Shown here: in pieces, positions 63,678 through 64,000 of the stretch | Position numbering within the stretch: the stretch's first letter is position 1 | How the letters are laid out: every line of letters starts with the position of its first letter | DNA from: Octopus sinensis | Taxonomy: Eukaryota | Assembly (NCBI RefSeq): GCF_006345805.1 | Contig: NW_021832224.1 | Coordinates: 186,001 to 250,000, forward strand | Direction of reading: 5' to 3' | DNA: 64,000 bases | Program-made: the position numbers and the translations under genes | The notes under the pieces: generated by a model | The model's database searches: none | Told to the model about the DNA's origin: nothing | The model's input: only the letters and a program-made list of their open reading frames with translations

Positions 63678-64000
63678 ATGTTGAGAGGTTTGGTTTCTCG
63701 TTTAACAACAAATATGAAGATTCTGTCAATTCCAGGTAATAAACCTTAAACAACGTTAGCTCGAAATATGAGCCACGAAGTAAAGGAGACCGAAGATCAA
63801 TTTGACAATCGTTTTGTGGGATATTTCAACAACGAGGATATTGACTGTTGGGAAATCAGGACTAGATTCCAAGAATTAATGTCCCTTGATCTGATTCCCG
63901 AACCTCGAATAATAGTGGCCGCCCTTTGCGCCTGTCGTCGAGTGAATGACTATGCACTGACGACTCGTATTTTGGAGGCAGTCCACGTATGCAAAATTCT
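63678..64000 (+). CDS. COX5A: Cytochrome c oxidase subunit 5A (5' part, runs off the window)
   Basis: ETEDQFDNRF..YFN..IDCWEIR..DLIPEPRII.AAL.ACRRVNDYA..RILEAV. Confidence 0.93.

Overview
AT-rich eukaryotic (animal) nuclear DNA. Almost every gene is broken by ultra-short spliceosomal introns, mostly 22-33 nt, so the ORF track shows only fragments. SoxB, Smad, Max-type bHLH and motile-cilia genes plus this intron size suggest a highly reduced metazoan parasite, most likely a dicyemid mesozoan (inference). By manual splicing I recover PHB2, VPS18, an intronless FASTK/RAP protein, METAP1, B9D2, a BAZ1/ACF1-like gene, a Max-like bHLH-ZIP, SoxB, ANP32, citrate synthase, TPC1, PDE6D, ZMYND10, CSTF2, ADCY9-like and the 5' part of COX5A. 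Tightly packed gene clusters alternate with TE-rich zones (about 1.5-10 kb, 21-42 kb, 55-58 kb) containing pogo/Tigger, Tc1, hAT, Ginger-like integrase, LINE and RLE-type non-LTR remnants. Best leads: (1) a hidden 301-aa R-Smad derivative lacking the DNA-binding beta-hairpin, basic helix and linker but keeping Zn ligands and an SxS tail; (2) a twin-priming-type 5'-inverted insertion of an RLE retroelement with TSD and poly(A); (3) a pogo transposase carrying a host-sized 25-nt intron; (4) a per-gene C-to-G strand-skew switch that does not reset in some closely spaced downstream genes, hinting at operons; (5) an orphan Q/N/W-repeat protein ending in an eh1-like motif. All gene models are by-eye predictions without transcript data or database searches.
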